Position numbers and translations under genes: made by a program. Below the pieces are notes generated by a model, which saw only the letters and a list, made by a program, of their open reading frames with translations, searched no databases and was not told the DNA's origin. From Balanoglossus misakiensis (taxonomy: Eukaryota > Animalia > Hemichordata): a stretch of DNA of 64,000 bases. Location of the stretch: contig CM082598.2 of the NCBI GenBank assembly GCA_040954595.2, positions 9,563,097 through 9,627,096 on the forward strand, given 5' to 3'. Below are positions 21,553 through 35,119 of the stretch, one piece after another; positions within the stretch are counted from its first letter, which is position 1; every line of letters begins with the position of its first letter.

Positions 21553-24500
21553 TTAGAGGATTACTGGATGACGGTCAGTCTGTCCCCGAACAGTCAAGAA
21601 AAACTGCCGCTCAGAAAAATACCCTGCTCGAGCTAATGCTCGGACAAATCGCCAATTACTGCTCAGTCATATCGAGGAATTCACTCATTAAAAACAGTCG
21701 ACGTCCCTGAACGATATTTGGCAGAAAATTAGGCTTCACTATGGTTTTCAATCCACTGGAGCCCATTTCCTCGACCTCAGTAAAATCAAACTACAAACAG
21801 ACGAAAACCCTGAAGACCTATACCAGCGTATTATGGCCTTCTTTGAAGACAACCTCCTCACCAGAGGATGCGGCATCACGCACCATGGGAAAGCTATCAC
21901 GGTCGACGAAGACCTCACACCAACACTTGAAAATACAGTTGTGTTGCAGTGGTTACAGCTAGTCCACCCAGGCCTACCACTGTTAGTCAAGCAAAGGTAC
22001 GGTTCCGAATTACGTAACAAAACACTTGCAACGTTGAAACCTGAAATATCTCTCGCTCTGCCATCACTACTCGATGAACTCCGCAGCATGGAAGATGCAA
22101 AAGCATTCCGTACCGGAGCTTTTAACAACTTTCGAAAACCAGGACCCATGAGCAACCAAAAACACCCACAATACAGGGCAAACCCCAAACCATTACCCAA
22201 CAAGTAATGCATACTATGTAAGATGACAGGAAGACCAGGCTTCAATACCCACACACTGAGAGATTGTAGACTTGTTCCTGGAAAGGACAGATACGCCATG
22301 GGCAGCTCCCGTATGGTATCATCCGACGACGTTACTGAGGATGACCCATATGACGACCATACGGAATATGACATCTCTCCAGAAGAGACGCCCACAGCGC
22401 TGCTCGATCAAGCCTCCGCACTGCGTGTAAGTGTTGTTCAGTCCCCCTATCTCAACGCACATTACCTCAGCCACCCAGTCAAGTTAATACTAGACACAGG
22501 GGCCACCACCAATATGATAAGAGCGTCCTATGCGACTCTTATTGGAATGCCGGTAACGCCCGCTTCTCAGATGGCACACCAGGCCGATGGGGTAACACCA
22601 CTTGATGTTATAGGGGAGGCCCATTGCCAAATTACAAGAGGATCTCACACATTCCAATTAGATGCCCTCGTAGTGAAACAGCTTGATGTCGACATACTAG
22701 CAGGAAACCCATTTCTCGTCGCAAATGATATTGCCACCCGTCCAGCAAAGAGACAGATTGTTATTGGTGGTACAGAAATTCTCCACTATGGTCCACAACC
22801 TAACCCCCACACAGCTGTAAGGCGAACCCAAGTAAGCCTACTCAGATGCCCGGCACACCAAACACTCCTACCGGGAGACTACATCCAACTTGATACACCC
22901 AACACATGTGAACCCGATTCAATCCTGGCATTGGAACCAAGGTATGACAACAGAGCCAACCAATATACAAAACCCGAACGGGCATGGCCTCAACCACAAG
23001 AAATTCAGTCAGTTGGACACACACTCAGAGTCACCAACACCACAAGTGAACCAATCATACTAAAACGCCATGAACACTTGTGCCAGGTACGGCAGATTTG
23101 CTCAGTTAGTGAAAACTGCTCCAAAATCTACCCCGTCACTTCCAGCACTCCTACACCATGTAAGCCATACTCATCAGATATTTCGATAGACCCGGACAAC
23201 CAACTGCCTGCAGACATACAAAACGCCTTCAGATCTCTACACAATCACTTCGACGACGTTTTCAACCCCGCTGTATCAAAGTACAATGGCGCCAGTGGAA
23301 ACATTGAGGCTGTAGTCAACATGGGGCCAGTTTTGCCACCTCAACAAAAAGGCAGATTACCTCACTACAACCGCGATTCACTATTGGAACTGCAAGCAAA
23401 ATTTGACGAGCTTGAAAATGCTGGTGTATTCGCGAAGCCAGAACAAGTCAACACCACCGTTGAATACCTTAACCTCTCGTTTCTGGTCAAGAAACCGAGC
23501 GGCGGCACGCGACTAGTGACCTCATTCGGAGAAGTCGCCCAATACAGCAAACCTCAGCCATCTTTAATGCCAAAGGTCGACAACATATTGCGTGATATCG
23601 CAAAATGGAAATACATTATCACTACTGATCTAAACCAGGCGTATTACCAGATACCACTATCATCGAAATCCACAAAATACTGTGGCGTGGTAACGCCATT
23701 CAAGGGTGTACGAGTATACACACGCTCCGCCATGGGTATGCCCGGGTCGGAGACTTGCCTCGAGGAACTCATGTGCAGAGTCCTTGGTGACCTCATACAG
23801 GAAGGCTGTGTAACGAAAATCGCCGACGATCTGTACGTTGGTGGCGACACTCCAGAGTCAGTTTTGAACAACTGGCAACGTACGCTGACGGCACTGAACA
23901 AAAACAACCTGCGATTATCAGCAAGGAAAACAAAAATCTGCCCGAAATCCACAACAATCCTGGGATGGATTTGGTCAAATGGCACACTATCTGCGAGCCC
24001 ACACAGAATCTCCGCCTTTTTATCAGTCTCTCCACCCGCTACTGTCAAAGCACTACGTTCATACATAGGCGCGTACAAACTTCTCAGTAGAGTACTTAAG
24101 GGGTATGCAGACCTTGTGGATCCACTGGACCGGACCGCTGCTGGCAGACAATCACAGGAGAAAATTGACTGGACAGAGAACTTGACAGAATCATTCCAAC
24201 GGGCCCAAGACGCCCTGAAGGACAACAAATCTATCACCATCCCTCGCCCATCAGATCAGCTGTGGATAGTAACGGATGGCTCAGTAAAACGAAGTCGTAT
24301 TGCTGCTACCCTGTACTGCCGTAGGGGTGACAAGATTCTGCTGTCTGGCTTTTTCAATGCAAAGTTGAAAAAACATCAGGTCACCTGGCTTCCATGTGAA
24401 ATCGAAGCCCTGTGTATTGGTGCTGCTGTCAAGCACTTCTCACCGTACATCATCCAATCAACCCTCACTACCCAAGTTCTCACCGATAGCCGCCCATGTG

Positions 24501-24565
24501 CTCAAGCCTACGACAAACTACGTCGGGGAGAGTTTTCCACTAGCTCACGGGTGAGCACATTCCTA
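21553..24565 (+). pseudogene. Gag-PR-RT-RNase H of Troyka-2
   Basis: [45 protein letters not shown]; frameshift near 21700 and a stop at 22205-22207. Confidence 0.9.
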
Positions 24566-25836
24566 CAGACAAACTTGTACAGCACCTGGAACAAAACAGA
24601 CTGATCAATAACTCACAGCATGGATTTCGCCAAGGGAAATCATGTTTGTCTAATTTATTAGAATTTCTAGATGACATTACCCAAAGTGCTGATGATGGAG
24701 TACCAGTGGATATTATTTACTTAGACTTCGCCAAAGCCTTCGATAAGGTACCACACGTGAGACTTAAACAAACTACGAAGTCACGGCATCGACGGTAATG
24801 TGCTGAAGTGGATACAGGGATGGCTTGAAGATAGACAGCAACGTGTAGTAATCAACGGTAATGCATCGGAGTGGAAGAACGTTACAAGCGGTGTCCCACA
24901 AGGCTCCGTACTTGGTCCTGTGCTTTTTCTAATCTACATAAATGACATTGACTGTGGAATTGAATCATCAATAAAGAAATTGCGGACGACACAAAGTTAT
25001 ACCGACCAATATACAAAGACTCTGATGCTGAAGAATTACAGCGAGATCTTGACAAGCTATGTATTTGGTCGCAGTCCTGGCAAATGTCCTTCAATGTTTC
25101 TAAATGTTCATCTATGCACATAGGCTACAATAACCCTGCTCATACGTATAATATGAATAACACTCCACTCAAGCACTCCAGTGAAGAAAAGGACCTTGGT
25201 GTTATAATCCACTCAAGTTTAAAGCCATCACAACAATGTCTTCAAGCTGCAAAGAAAGCCAATAGCATGTTGGGACTAATCAAGAGAACAATGACTCTGA
25301 AATCAAAAGAAATCATTCTGCGTTTATATAAACAACTCGTTTGACCACGCTTGGAATATTCCATCCAAGCATGGTCCCCCTGGCTCCAAAAAGACATTAT
25401 TCATCTTGAAAAAATCCAACGTCGTGCCACCAAACTGATCCCAGAACTGCGGAACCTTAACTATCACCAGAGATTAAACCAGTTAGGATTGACAACTTTA
25501 ATTGAGAGAAGAACCAGAGGCGACATGATAGAGACTTTTAAAATAATGAACAGCTACGACAACATCAACTTATCACTCAAACTAGCCATCTCATCGGTAA
25601 CACGTGGACACAACTTCAAGCTTATTAAGCCAACTGTCAAATTAGATACCAGGAAATACTTCTTTGTATCCAGGATTGTGGACAAATGGAATAGCCTGCC
25701 TGCCACCGTTGTTAATGCCAATTCAGTGAATGCCTTCAAACATCAATACGACCGCCTACACAATGGTCCTAAAGGGATGTAATTATCCTAACCGGATATC
25801 TTATCCCTCAACCAAACTGAACTGAACTGAACTGAA
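24566..25836 (+). mobile_element. 5'-truncated CR1-clade LINE
   Basis: [61 protein letters not shown]; 3' tail (AACTG)n at 25815-25836. The host frame rejoins as VSTFL|SLVSRFQV. Confidence 0.93.
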
Positions 25837-25839
25837 CTA

Positions 25840-27546
25840 TCTCTCGTCAGTCGCTTCCAAGTAGATGTACAACACATCACCGGTGCAGCCAATGTACCAA
25901 CAGACTTCGCCAGCAGGAATCCCATCCAGTGCTCCGACAACAGCTGTCAGATTTGTAAATTCGTCGAGGAAGCAGAAGACTCTGTTGTGAGATCAATGAC
26001 AGTCTCCGACGTCATCGGTGGAACTGCCAGAATGCCGTTTACTAACCGGGCAGCCTGGTTGGCCACACAGATGGAGTGCCCTGACCTTAGACGCACACAC
26101 GCTCACCTCACACAGGGCACGCATCCATCAAAAAAACTTGTAAAGATACCAGATGTCAAGAGATACCTGCGCTCTATCACTGTCGCTAACGATGGTCTCC
26201 TTATTGTCAGAGACTCTCAACCGTTCCAACCTACACGAGAACGAATCGTGGTGCCCAGAATGGTATTAGATGGCCTTCTCACAGCCATCCACCTGCAATT
26301 CAACCACCCACCCAAAAACCAGTCGAAGAATCTGTTCAACAGGTACTTCTTCGCGATCGACCTGGAAAAAGCCGTGGAGACAACATGTGCCTCTTGCCAC
26401 CACTGTACATCCCTGAAATGTGTCCCGTCGCTGTTGCGACCACAATCCTCATCAACACCACCGCAGCAACTGGGCAGATCATTCGCAGCTGACATAATGC
26501 GTCGGTACCGACAATGTGTATTTATATTGCGTGAAACCGTCTCATCATACACAAAGACCATGCTTATTGACAGCGAACAACACGCTGAAATCCGCAATGC
26601 TATTGTCAGCCTGTGCGCCGATATGCTCCCTCTGGGAGATAACTCACTCACCATACGTATCGACTCTGGACCGGGACTTATTGCACTATCCAAAGACCCA
26701 ACACTGAAGAAACTTGGCATTGAACTTGACATCGGTAATGTCAAAAATACCAATAAGAACCCAGTCGCTGAAAACGCTGTAAAAGAACTCGGTCACGAAT
26801 GCCTAAATATCAACCCAGAGGGCGGCCCACTGACACCAATCACACTCGCCCTAGCAACAGCTAACCTAAATGCCAGGATACGTGGAAGCGGCCTATCTTC
26901 CAGGGAAATCTGGACACAGCGTGATCAAAAAACAGGGGACAGCTACCTATCGATGACCGACACCTCATAGTGCAGCAGCACTTCAAGCGTGTATACAATC
27001 ATGCATCCAGTTCAAAATCAAAAGCTCACGGCTCTGGAAAAACAAACCCATGTAGTGTCCGGGTTGGCGACCTTGTGTACTTATTGCGTGACAGGGACAA
27101 GACTCGCGCACGGGATAGATACCTAGTGACCAGCGTCTCGGACAATCGCTGTCGTATTCGCAAGTTTACAAAGTCACAGTTCTGCTCCAAAGAATACGAC
27201 ATACATGTCTCGGACTGTTACCATGTAAAACCCACATCCCTGGAGCCAGTGGCAGGACCAATTAGAGGCCTACACGACAACGAGGATTTTGAGCCTGATC
27301 ATCTCGCAACTATCACAAGTAAAGTACCAACCTTGGTCTGCCCTCAGCCTCGACTTGTCCCTACACCAACAACATTGACGGAGAACATATCCCCGCCATC
27401 CCCACCTCCAGTGATCACCACACCACCTGATGAAGAAAACTTCATGTCACCACAAATACCCATCACAGTAAACACTGATTCTGCTGACATGATCAGGGAT
27501 GCTGTTTCACATCCACCTCCTGATACTCAACCCCGTCGATCTACTA
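25840..27546 (+). pseudogene. RNase H end and integrase of Troyka-2
   Basis: DFASRNP; H..H..CHHC; FAADI, RIDSGPG, NPVAE; frameshift near 26940. The last codons (RTKKSPQWQASGEWIMD*) lie at 29593-29646. Confidence 0.9.
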
Positions 27547-29591
27547 CACACGCGATTGTGCCATACCTTGGGCCAAGCTTGGGTGTCCTCAAAGCTTGTG
27601 TGAAGGTTTGCAATAAAGGTTTGGCTAAGCTTATTTTCAATAAAGATTTGCCAAAGCTTCGTGCCGAAGCACAAGACAAGGTTTGCGCTAAACCTTGGAC
27701 CAAGGTTACTGTCAAAGCTTTTTAAAATCTTGGCTAACAGAAAGCTTCGACGAAGCTTTGTTATGAACCTTTATCAAACCTTATTGTACGCCTATCGACA
27801 GCCAGTTTGGGCCTAATCGCGCGACGTCCCGTGCTGCACGCATGTCATCGGTCAGCAGCTTAGTTTGACAGGTCATTTTGCAACTTGAGCACGTGACAGA
27901 CGTTATTTGTATCAAAACCTTACACCTGCCCTGATTAGTTGATGAAAAGTTGCAGTTTGCAACTTCTTCCTCAAAATAAACATACGTTATGAACGAGGAT
28001 CTATGGGCAAAGGTCATGTGACGTCATGAGATTCAACGTAAACTCTGGAACTCACGCGATGGATTTTGCCTGGTCGGGCTGTACGGCTACAAATATTTCA
28101 AAGGTGGGTAATTTCTGACAATATTGTGTCCGTGTGTACATGCTGTTAAAATAGTTGGCAAGTGCCTCTCAGAAAACTGGTGTTTTGAACATTGTCTTCG
28201 CAAAAAACGACATTTATCAACATTACTTCCGCACGCGCTTTGACTTTGAGTTTGAAACATGTCCGGGCGGGCCGGAGGCGCTCACGACGTTAATCGCGAT
28301 CGTGTAATGTTTTTTTGAGTGTAGAAATATCCACAGATTCTGGAATCAATGTCACGAAAACAGAGTAATGACAACAGTTAATAATGGAAATATGTACCTA
28401 GGTGCGTTTTTAAGATGGAATTAGAAATAATCGGAATAATGTTTAATTTCTCGTGTGAACTCTTCACCCGGGGCTGATGCGACTCTGTGAAAATATGTGC
28501 AAGTCAGTGTTGATTCAGTCCGGGTCGTCGACAAGTTCGGTGAAAGATGAATTTAATGAAGAAACTGGGAAGAGACGCTTCTTTTCTGGTCATATTTTTG
28601 TTTGAACCCATTTACAAATTCCATACCACACAGGAATAAAATTAATTGGTTGTATTTTGAGAGTGGGTGGAGGTGGTATTCATTTCACACTCAGAGACCC
28701 TATGATAATTTTGGCATCGGGTTCTGTCTTTCGGTCAAACTTGTGTTAAACAGACAGAGCTCTGTTGATGTGTGGTGTGATGTGGTTTAATTATTAAGGC
28801 ATGCCGAAACAAAACTTTCATGATGGGATCAATGATTTTCTTTCTTTTCTTTCTATTTTTTTCAGAGAGCATATGGTCACCAGGATAACTTGCTTTGGGA
28901 AACCAAAACAAGAGACATCAATCATTTTATCCAATTTTGATTTTATAGTATTGTGATTCTTGTGAGGTTTGTCTTATTGTAACAGTATTGCTTGTATTTA
29001 TATTGCATGTGTTATTAATCTGATATTAGATAATAAAAACAACTCCAAAATTCAAATACATTCATTGCCTGTAGTGTATTATTTGAACATGATTACCTTT
29101 ATTTTATTTTCATCCAAATCAAGTCACAACAAACTCTCCTTGTAACTTTTATACTCATGTGTATCACTACAATTTCATTTAATTCCGACAAAAATTAAAT
29201 GAAGTTGTAGTGATACACATGAGTATAAAAGTTACAAGGAGAGTTTGTTGTGACTTGATTTGGATGAAAATAAAATAAACATCTTTGACAAAGCTTCAAA
29301 AATTAAGCTTGTTTAAAGGTTTGTTTAGTAAAGCATTGTTGAAGGTTTTTTTCACCAAGCTTTGAAGACGCTTTGCAACCCCAACATTGGCCAAAGATTG
29401 GAATTATAAGGTTTCACAAAGGTCGGTACAGCTTAGGTTCAACTAAGGCTAGTAATAAGAAGCTTCAGCGAAGGTTGACACACGACCCCTTCAGCAAAGG
29501 TCGGCACGCAAACTCTTGTAGTAAGCTTCAGCACAAAGCTTATTGCAACATTGTTCCAAGCTTTGTCCAAGGTACTGCACAATCGCGTGTG
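27547..29591. mobile_element. Non-autonomous TIR transposon, CMC/EnSpm-like
   Basis: TIR cacacgcgattgtgc/gcacaatcgcgtgtg; 2-bp TA TSD (27545-27546, 29592-29593); subterminal arrays of AAGCTT/AAGGTT motifs. Excision restores the host frame RRST|RTKK. Confidence 0.85.
29098..29279. repeat. Near-perfect AT-rich palindrome (~85-bp arms)
   Basis: tttattttattttcatccaaatc...gatttggatgaaaataaaataaa with a short loop near 29185. Confidence 0.9.
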
Positions 29592-29776
29592 TAGGACGAA
29601 GAAATCCCCCCAATGGCAAGCTTCTGGGGAATGGATCATGGATTAGTATTATTTGTTGGGCCATAATAATGCCTTTTTTGCGAGTGTGAGCCAAGCGCCG
29701 CCCACCAGAAGTCCCCTCACTTGGACATTCGTTTTGTGGACAGTGTGTGTACTAGAACTACTGTGTTTGCTTGTTA

Positions 29777-30577
29777 GGCTGCATTCACAAACACCTCTGG
29801 AGGGGGGGGGGGGGCGGGAGAATTCAATTTTTTTTACCGCTAATTTTCACATGCCCCCCTATACAACCCGAAATATTTTCAAATCCCCCCCTTCCGAACT
29901 GCCAAAATTTTGAAACCCCCCCCCATTTTCTTTCACAGAGCAAAACACATCACCTATCTATCTTGTAAAAAAGAAAAACAGCGCTCCCATGAAAAGAATT
30001 TGAAACTGATGTTTCCCCTCATCAGAGGGTATTAAAACTGAACATTGTTTTTATTTTTTAAGTATTTGTATTCTGTGTTGGGAGACATTGTAAACCGAGA
30101 ATTGAAGGGGGTGGGTCTGGGAGGGGGTGCCCCCCTCCCACGTAAGAAAATTTTAAAAAATACAGAGCTCAGAGCTGCATTTTAATGAACCCGGCAAAAG
30201 CAAATTAACTCAACTACCGGTATGTTGGGGAGGACAAATTTAACCGTCGGCGCTCAAAGTTATCATGGGGTGGGGGCAAGTCCCCTGAACTGGGACACTA
30301 GATAAACCAGTCAATGATTGAAAGGTGTTGATGAATGGAGGGGGTGGGTGTGGGAGGGGGTGTCCCCCTCCCACATTAGAAAATTTTGTAAAATAAAGGG
30401 CGCGAAACTGCATTTTTGTGGACTCAAAATAAATATTTAGTCGTCAAAGTTTTCAAGTCCCCCCCTTTCAGTCCCTAAATTATTTCAAATCCCCCCCTTA
30501 CATACCCTCAATTTTTTCAAATCCCCCCCCCCTCAATTCTCCTGCCCCCCCCTCCAGAGGTGTTTGTGAATGCAGCC
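29777..30577. mobile_element. PIF/Harbinger-type MITE
   Basis: TIR ggctgcattcacaaacacctctggaggggggg; TTA TSD (29774-29776, 30578-30580). Confidence 0.9.
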
Positions 30578-30701
30578 TTACTCATTTTCAGTGAACTTTA
30601 CCTTGCAATTGGGTGTTATTTCTTGCCCATTTTTGCTGATTGGATTTAGAAATGTTTTCATTTTTGAAGGAGAGAAAGAAGGAAAGATGGAGAGACAGTC
30701 A

Positions 30702-30832
30702 CGCCAACACACTACCGTTTGTGTTGTGACCCTTTTGACCTTTGTTTGTTTGTTCGTTGTTCGTATTCTCTCTCTTGCCTCGTGCGCCATTAAACTGGTT
30801 TGACATACAGAATTGGTTTGTCTTTATTGCCG
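30702..30832 (+). repeat. 3' LTR of Troyka-2 (131 bp)
   Basis: Follows the PPT; starts CGCCAA and ends TTGCCG (one mismatch from TTGGCG); shares tctctctc..ttgcctcgtg..cattaaa with the Troyka-1 LTR. Confidence 0.75.
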
Positions 30833-33780
30833 CATGTACTAAGGTTTGGCAAGTCTCGTTGGTGATGTAACGTCGTATAGATCCAATTCGGCGGAGGTGA
30901 CTGTAGATCGATTTGCAGGTGTACTTTATGTGCTGACTGAACATATGATTACTGTCGAAGATCATGCCTATATTGCGAGCAGATGAAACTGGTGTGACAT
31001 AAGTGGAACCAATGTTGACACTGTTAACAGGATCTGGTGAGCTGTTAAACTTGGAGCGAATCAGAAGGACTTCGGTTTTACTGTCATTAAGCTGGAGTTT
31101 ATTATGGGTCATCCATTCCTTGATGTCGAGAATGCAGGTTTCAATCGAAGACAGGGCTGCGGGAGAGTCATGATGAGAAAATGAAAGATAAGGCTGGTTG
31201 TCATCTGCGTACTGGTGAAAATGTAGATTGTGCTTGTGTATCAAAGTTGATAGTGGAGCAATGTAGATAGTAAACAAGAGAGGCCCGAGAACTGAGCCCT
31301 GAGGGACGCCGAAGCTGAGTTCTGATGGTTCACTGATGACATCGTTGATTTTAACAGACTGTTCCCGTTGCTTCAAATATGAAGTGAACCATTTGAGTGC
31401 GACACCGGAGATACCAAGATGTGAGAGTCGATGAAGTAGTATATTGTGATCAATTGTGTCAAAAGCAGTGGAGAGATCAAGGAGGATGAGAAGAACATAG
31501 TTGCCAGAGTCCACGGATAAACAGATGTCGTTGTGTACTTTCAAAAGTGCAGTTTCTGTACTGTGGTATTTTCTGTATGCTGACTGTAATGGTACCTGGA
31601 GAGAGTTTTTGGTGAGGTAGTCAGTGATTTGAGCCGCGACGATCTTCTCGAGTACTTTGGAAAGAAATGGAAGATTGGAAACAGGGCGATAATTCTTGAG
31701 TATATTGAAATCCAGGGACGGTTTCTTCAGGAGTGGAGTGACGATAGCTGATTTGAATAGTCGTGGAAATACACCAGTGTGGAGGGACAAATTGATAACT
31801 TCTGTGATGAATGGAAGTAGTGAGTCGAGACATTTCTTGAGCAGTGAGGTTGGAATTGGATCGAGGCAGCATGACTTTGTTGGCGAGTGGACTATGACTT
31901 TCTTGACATCTTCTGTATCAACTGAGTTGAATTGTGATAAACTGGATGTAGAGATGATTTCGAAAATGTCGTGCTGCCTGGTCGAAGTGTTCAGGTTGAG
32001 GTTGTTTCTGATGTCGCTGAAAGATGAAATATTTGCTAAAACGCTGTGTAAGCTCTAGAGTGGAGGTAGTGGTGGGTACAGATGTTGGCTTATGGAACAG
32101 TGATGAAATGGTTCTGAACAGTGTTCTTTGATTATCTGCATTGTCCTTTATGAGATTGGTGTAGTAATTGCGCTTAGCTTGACGAATGAGCGTGTTGACC
32201 AGGTGACATCTATCTTTGTAGATCTGGAGGTGAATCTCCAGTTTAGTAGAGCGCCATTTATGTTCAGCTGATCTTCTTTGCTGTTTTGCTTGGCGTATTT
32301 CAGTGGTGTACCATTTTGTATTTGGTCTGATGGTTTCGATGCGTGTCTTGAGAGGTGCATGTTGATCTAGGAGATTGGAAAGGTGTCTATTGTAGGCGGC
32401 TATAGCTGAATGGACATCGGTTTGAGGCTGATGAAAGTCGGGTATGGCGATAATGTCCGTGGAGAAGACAGTAGAGGAGATTGAAGATATGGAGCGATAC
32501 TTGAATTGACGTTTCTGGAGTGGTGGCTTCTGTAACATAACCTTGGCATGGACAGGACTGTGATCAGAGAGAATTGGATGATGAATATCTATCGAATCAA
32601 TGACCGACTCAGAGTTTGTGATGATTAAATCCAGGATATGACCGCGTATATGAGTTGAGCATTGTACCCATTGTTTCATGCCACATGAGTCAATAACATC
32701 GGTAAATTTCTTTGTGTTGGTATTCTGTGAATCATCAATATGTAAGTTGATCAAATCGCCGACAATAAACAGGTGGCTATTGCATGTGCTGAACTGCTCC
32801 AGCAAAACACCAAATTCGGACAGGAATTGTGGTGTTGTGAGTCTATTCTTCTTATTTGGTGGGGGACGATATAGTATAAGTTTGATTGAAATTCTGCGGT
32901 GAGACAGAGTGGCTAATGAAGCTTCAAAGGATTTAAAGTTGAACGGTTTCCATGAAGAAAGTTTCATAGTTGACTTGTAAACAAGGGCAACACCCCCGCC
33001 AGATGATGTCTTGCGTGGCGTTTGACAAAATGAGTACCCTTGGGGAGTGCATTCATTGATGACGTGGTTATTGGTGTCATTCATCCAAGTTTCAGTCATG
33101 GCTAATAGATCTATGTTCTGTTCAGTGATGTAATCGCCAACTACAGTTGCTTTGTTGCAGATTGATCTAACATTCCAATTTGTAAGATGGAGTTTGGTTT
33201 GTCGGAGTATTGGCTTGCATTGGTCACTTGTCGATGACACTGTAAGAGACTGGGTGTTACAATTGGATGTAATGTGTTGATGCAGCTGGGGAACAGTTGT
33301 GGGGAATTTCTGTTTGCGAGTACCTGCTCTTACCCCATGATGAGTTGCTGGTCTTCCTTGCAGTTTGCAGGCCTTGATCGCATTCCAGACTGATGTTGGC
33401 AATCGTGTATTGGACGATATGTTGTTCAACAGGTGTAGCATATTTCCAGAGTATTGCATGGTGGTAATTACAGTAATTAACAGCAAAATATTCAGCAGGA
33501 GAATGTTCATTGTTCTCATATGATTAGCATATGAAAAGACTCCTAAGGAAAACAATAGAACTGCAGGACCTCAGTGGAATAATCTCAGATGAAGCACAAA
33601 TTTCCAAAAAGAAAATCCAGAAAAGGTAGTTGACGATAGCTTCTGATCAGATGAAACTTACAGAATTGCAGTCAGTAGACCTTCATAGAGCAACTGTTAT
33701 AAAATTGGTGAGTTCCTAGGCCTTGATAGGACAAACATCAGCAAAAACTGGAGAGCACAGTATGGAGGCTGCCTGCAAGG
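30833..33780 (-). mobile_element. L2/Crack-like LINE (APE + RT), frameshifted, 3' end missing
   Basis: Endonuclease WNVRSI, AMTETW, GHILDLI, SDHSPV (31918-33555); [37 protein letters not shown]. It breaks at CQTLVHA against the Troyka-2 LTR. Confidence 0.9.
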
Positions 33781-35119
33781 CGCACTACCATGGTCTAGTA
33801 TTCTCATCTAGGGGGACACCCACGCGGCGCGACTACCCATTCCCTTTAAATAGATAATATACCACAGCTGAAGTTGTTTGATATCTTCAGGCACCTGTGA
33901 TTTGAGATAGCAACAAATTACCGGATACATTTGCCCTTTTAAAAAAATTTTTATTGCTCAAATTCATTCATGCATGAAGTACCGTGGGGTACACTATACA
34001 GATCACAATTTATTTTCTACATATTGACGGGCTTTTCGGGCAACAGCATACGTCTATCATCCCTTGGGATTGTGAGTAACCCCCCAAAACAGACTGTCTC
34101 ACTTGGCCCTCAGCCTAGGATAAGTCTTTTTAGGGGTGACTCACAGTCACTTAGGTTACAGACGCTACGTATGCTGATGCACTAGTATATATAAAATGGG
34201 ACCTAATAAAAACCAACAAAGTAATTGCTATGTCATTCCCCTTGAGCAAAGTTTGAAAGTAAATTGTTCCATTTAAAACACTTTCCCAAACACCAATTAC
34301 CCGGTATATACATATTACATTAAAGCCCCCACCTTTATTTTTTGTCTCAGGATGAAATGATTTTTTCCTCGAAATAAAACTGTCTCCTTTTGTAGTTGAC
34401 CTCTTGACTAAACATCAAATGCTTTTAGACACTAAATGCTTACAACAAACACTGTTTAATAAATAGTAATTCATACTTAAAGAAAATACACATCAAACAC
34501 TGTGAATTTTGGCAGTATTTACAGCCTTCTTGTTATAGATATAGTGATTATTTGTAAAATACACTATGTCTACATACCCACATCCCTACTAAATTTCATT
34601 TATGGTTGTGGCATGGATAATTAAAATATGCACACAAAAAACACAATTACTGTGTTTAGTGGGGGTGGCTGTATTTTGATTACCATGTACAAAAATCGCA
34701 TTACACGCGTTTTATATCATAACTTCTTGCTACACATTTTTTGTGTCCATTTGTATTGCAAAACATTGCGCTAAATTTTAGAAGAGGGTATTGCTGATAC
34801 ATAAGGCTTAGTTGGACTTTCGCACTTACAAACTTTCGTTTAGGAGAGGGGGGTCGAGGCGTAACAGTCGGTTGCATTTATCGTGTGCATGTTTTAATTA
34901 TCTACGGCCCCTTATGCAGTTAATAATTTTAACACATGTTCCAAAAACATGTGATAGGGGTGGGTTGTGTCTTTTTTATAACCATGAAAGGTATTATGGG
35001 TGAAAATTAACATGTACAAATAAATGCAAATTGCAGATTCAAATAATATGCTGCCAATTGCCACCAGAAAGTTCTATCACGCATAAACTCGTTTGGTTAC
35101 GAAATGATAACCATTTTAA

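Larger units (their letters stand above)
21553..30832 (+). mobile_element. Troyka-like LTR retrotransposon 2 (5' truncated, three nested insertions)
   Basis: Gag, PR, RT (KIADDLY), RH and IN are homologous to element 1. The ORF ends at 29646 once inserts are removed. PPT at ~30666-30695, then an LTR starting CGCCA at 30702. Confidence 0.88.
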
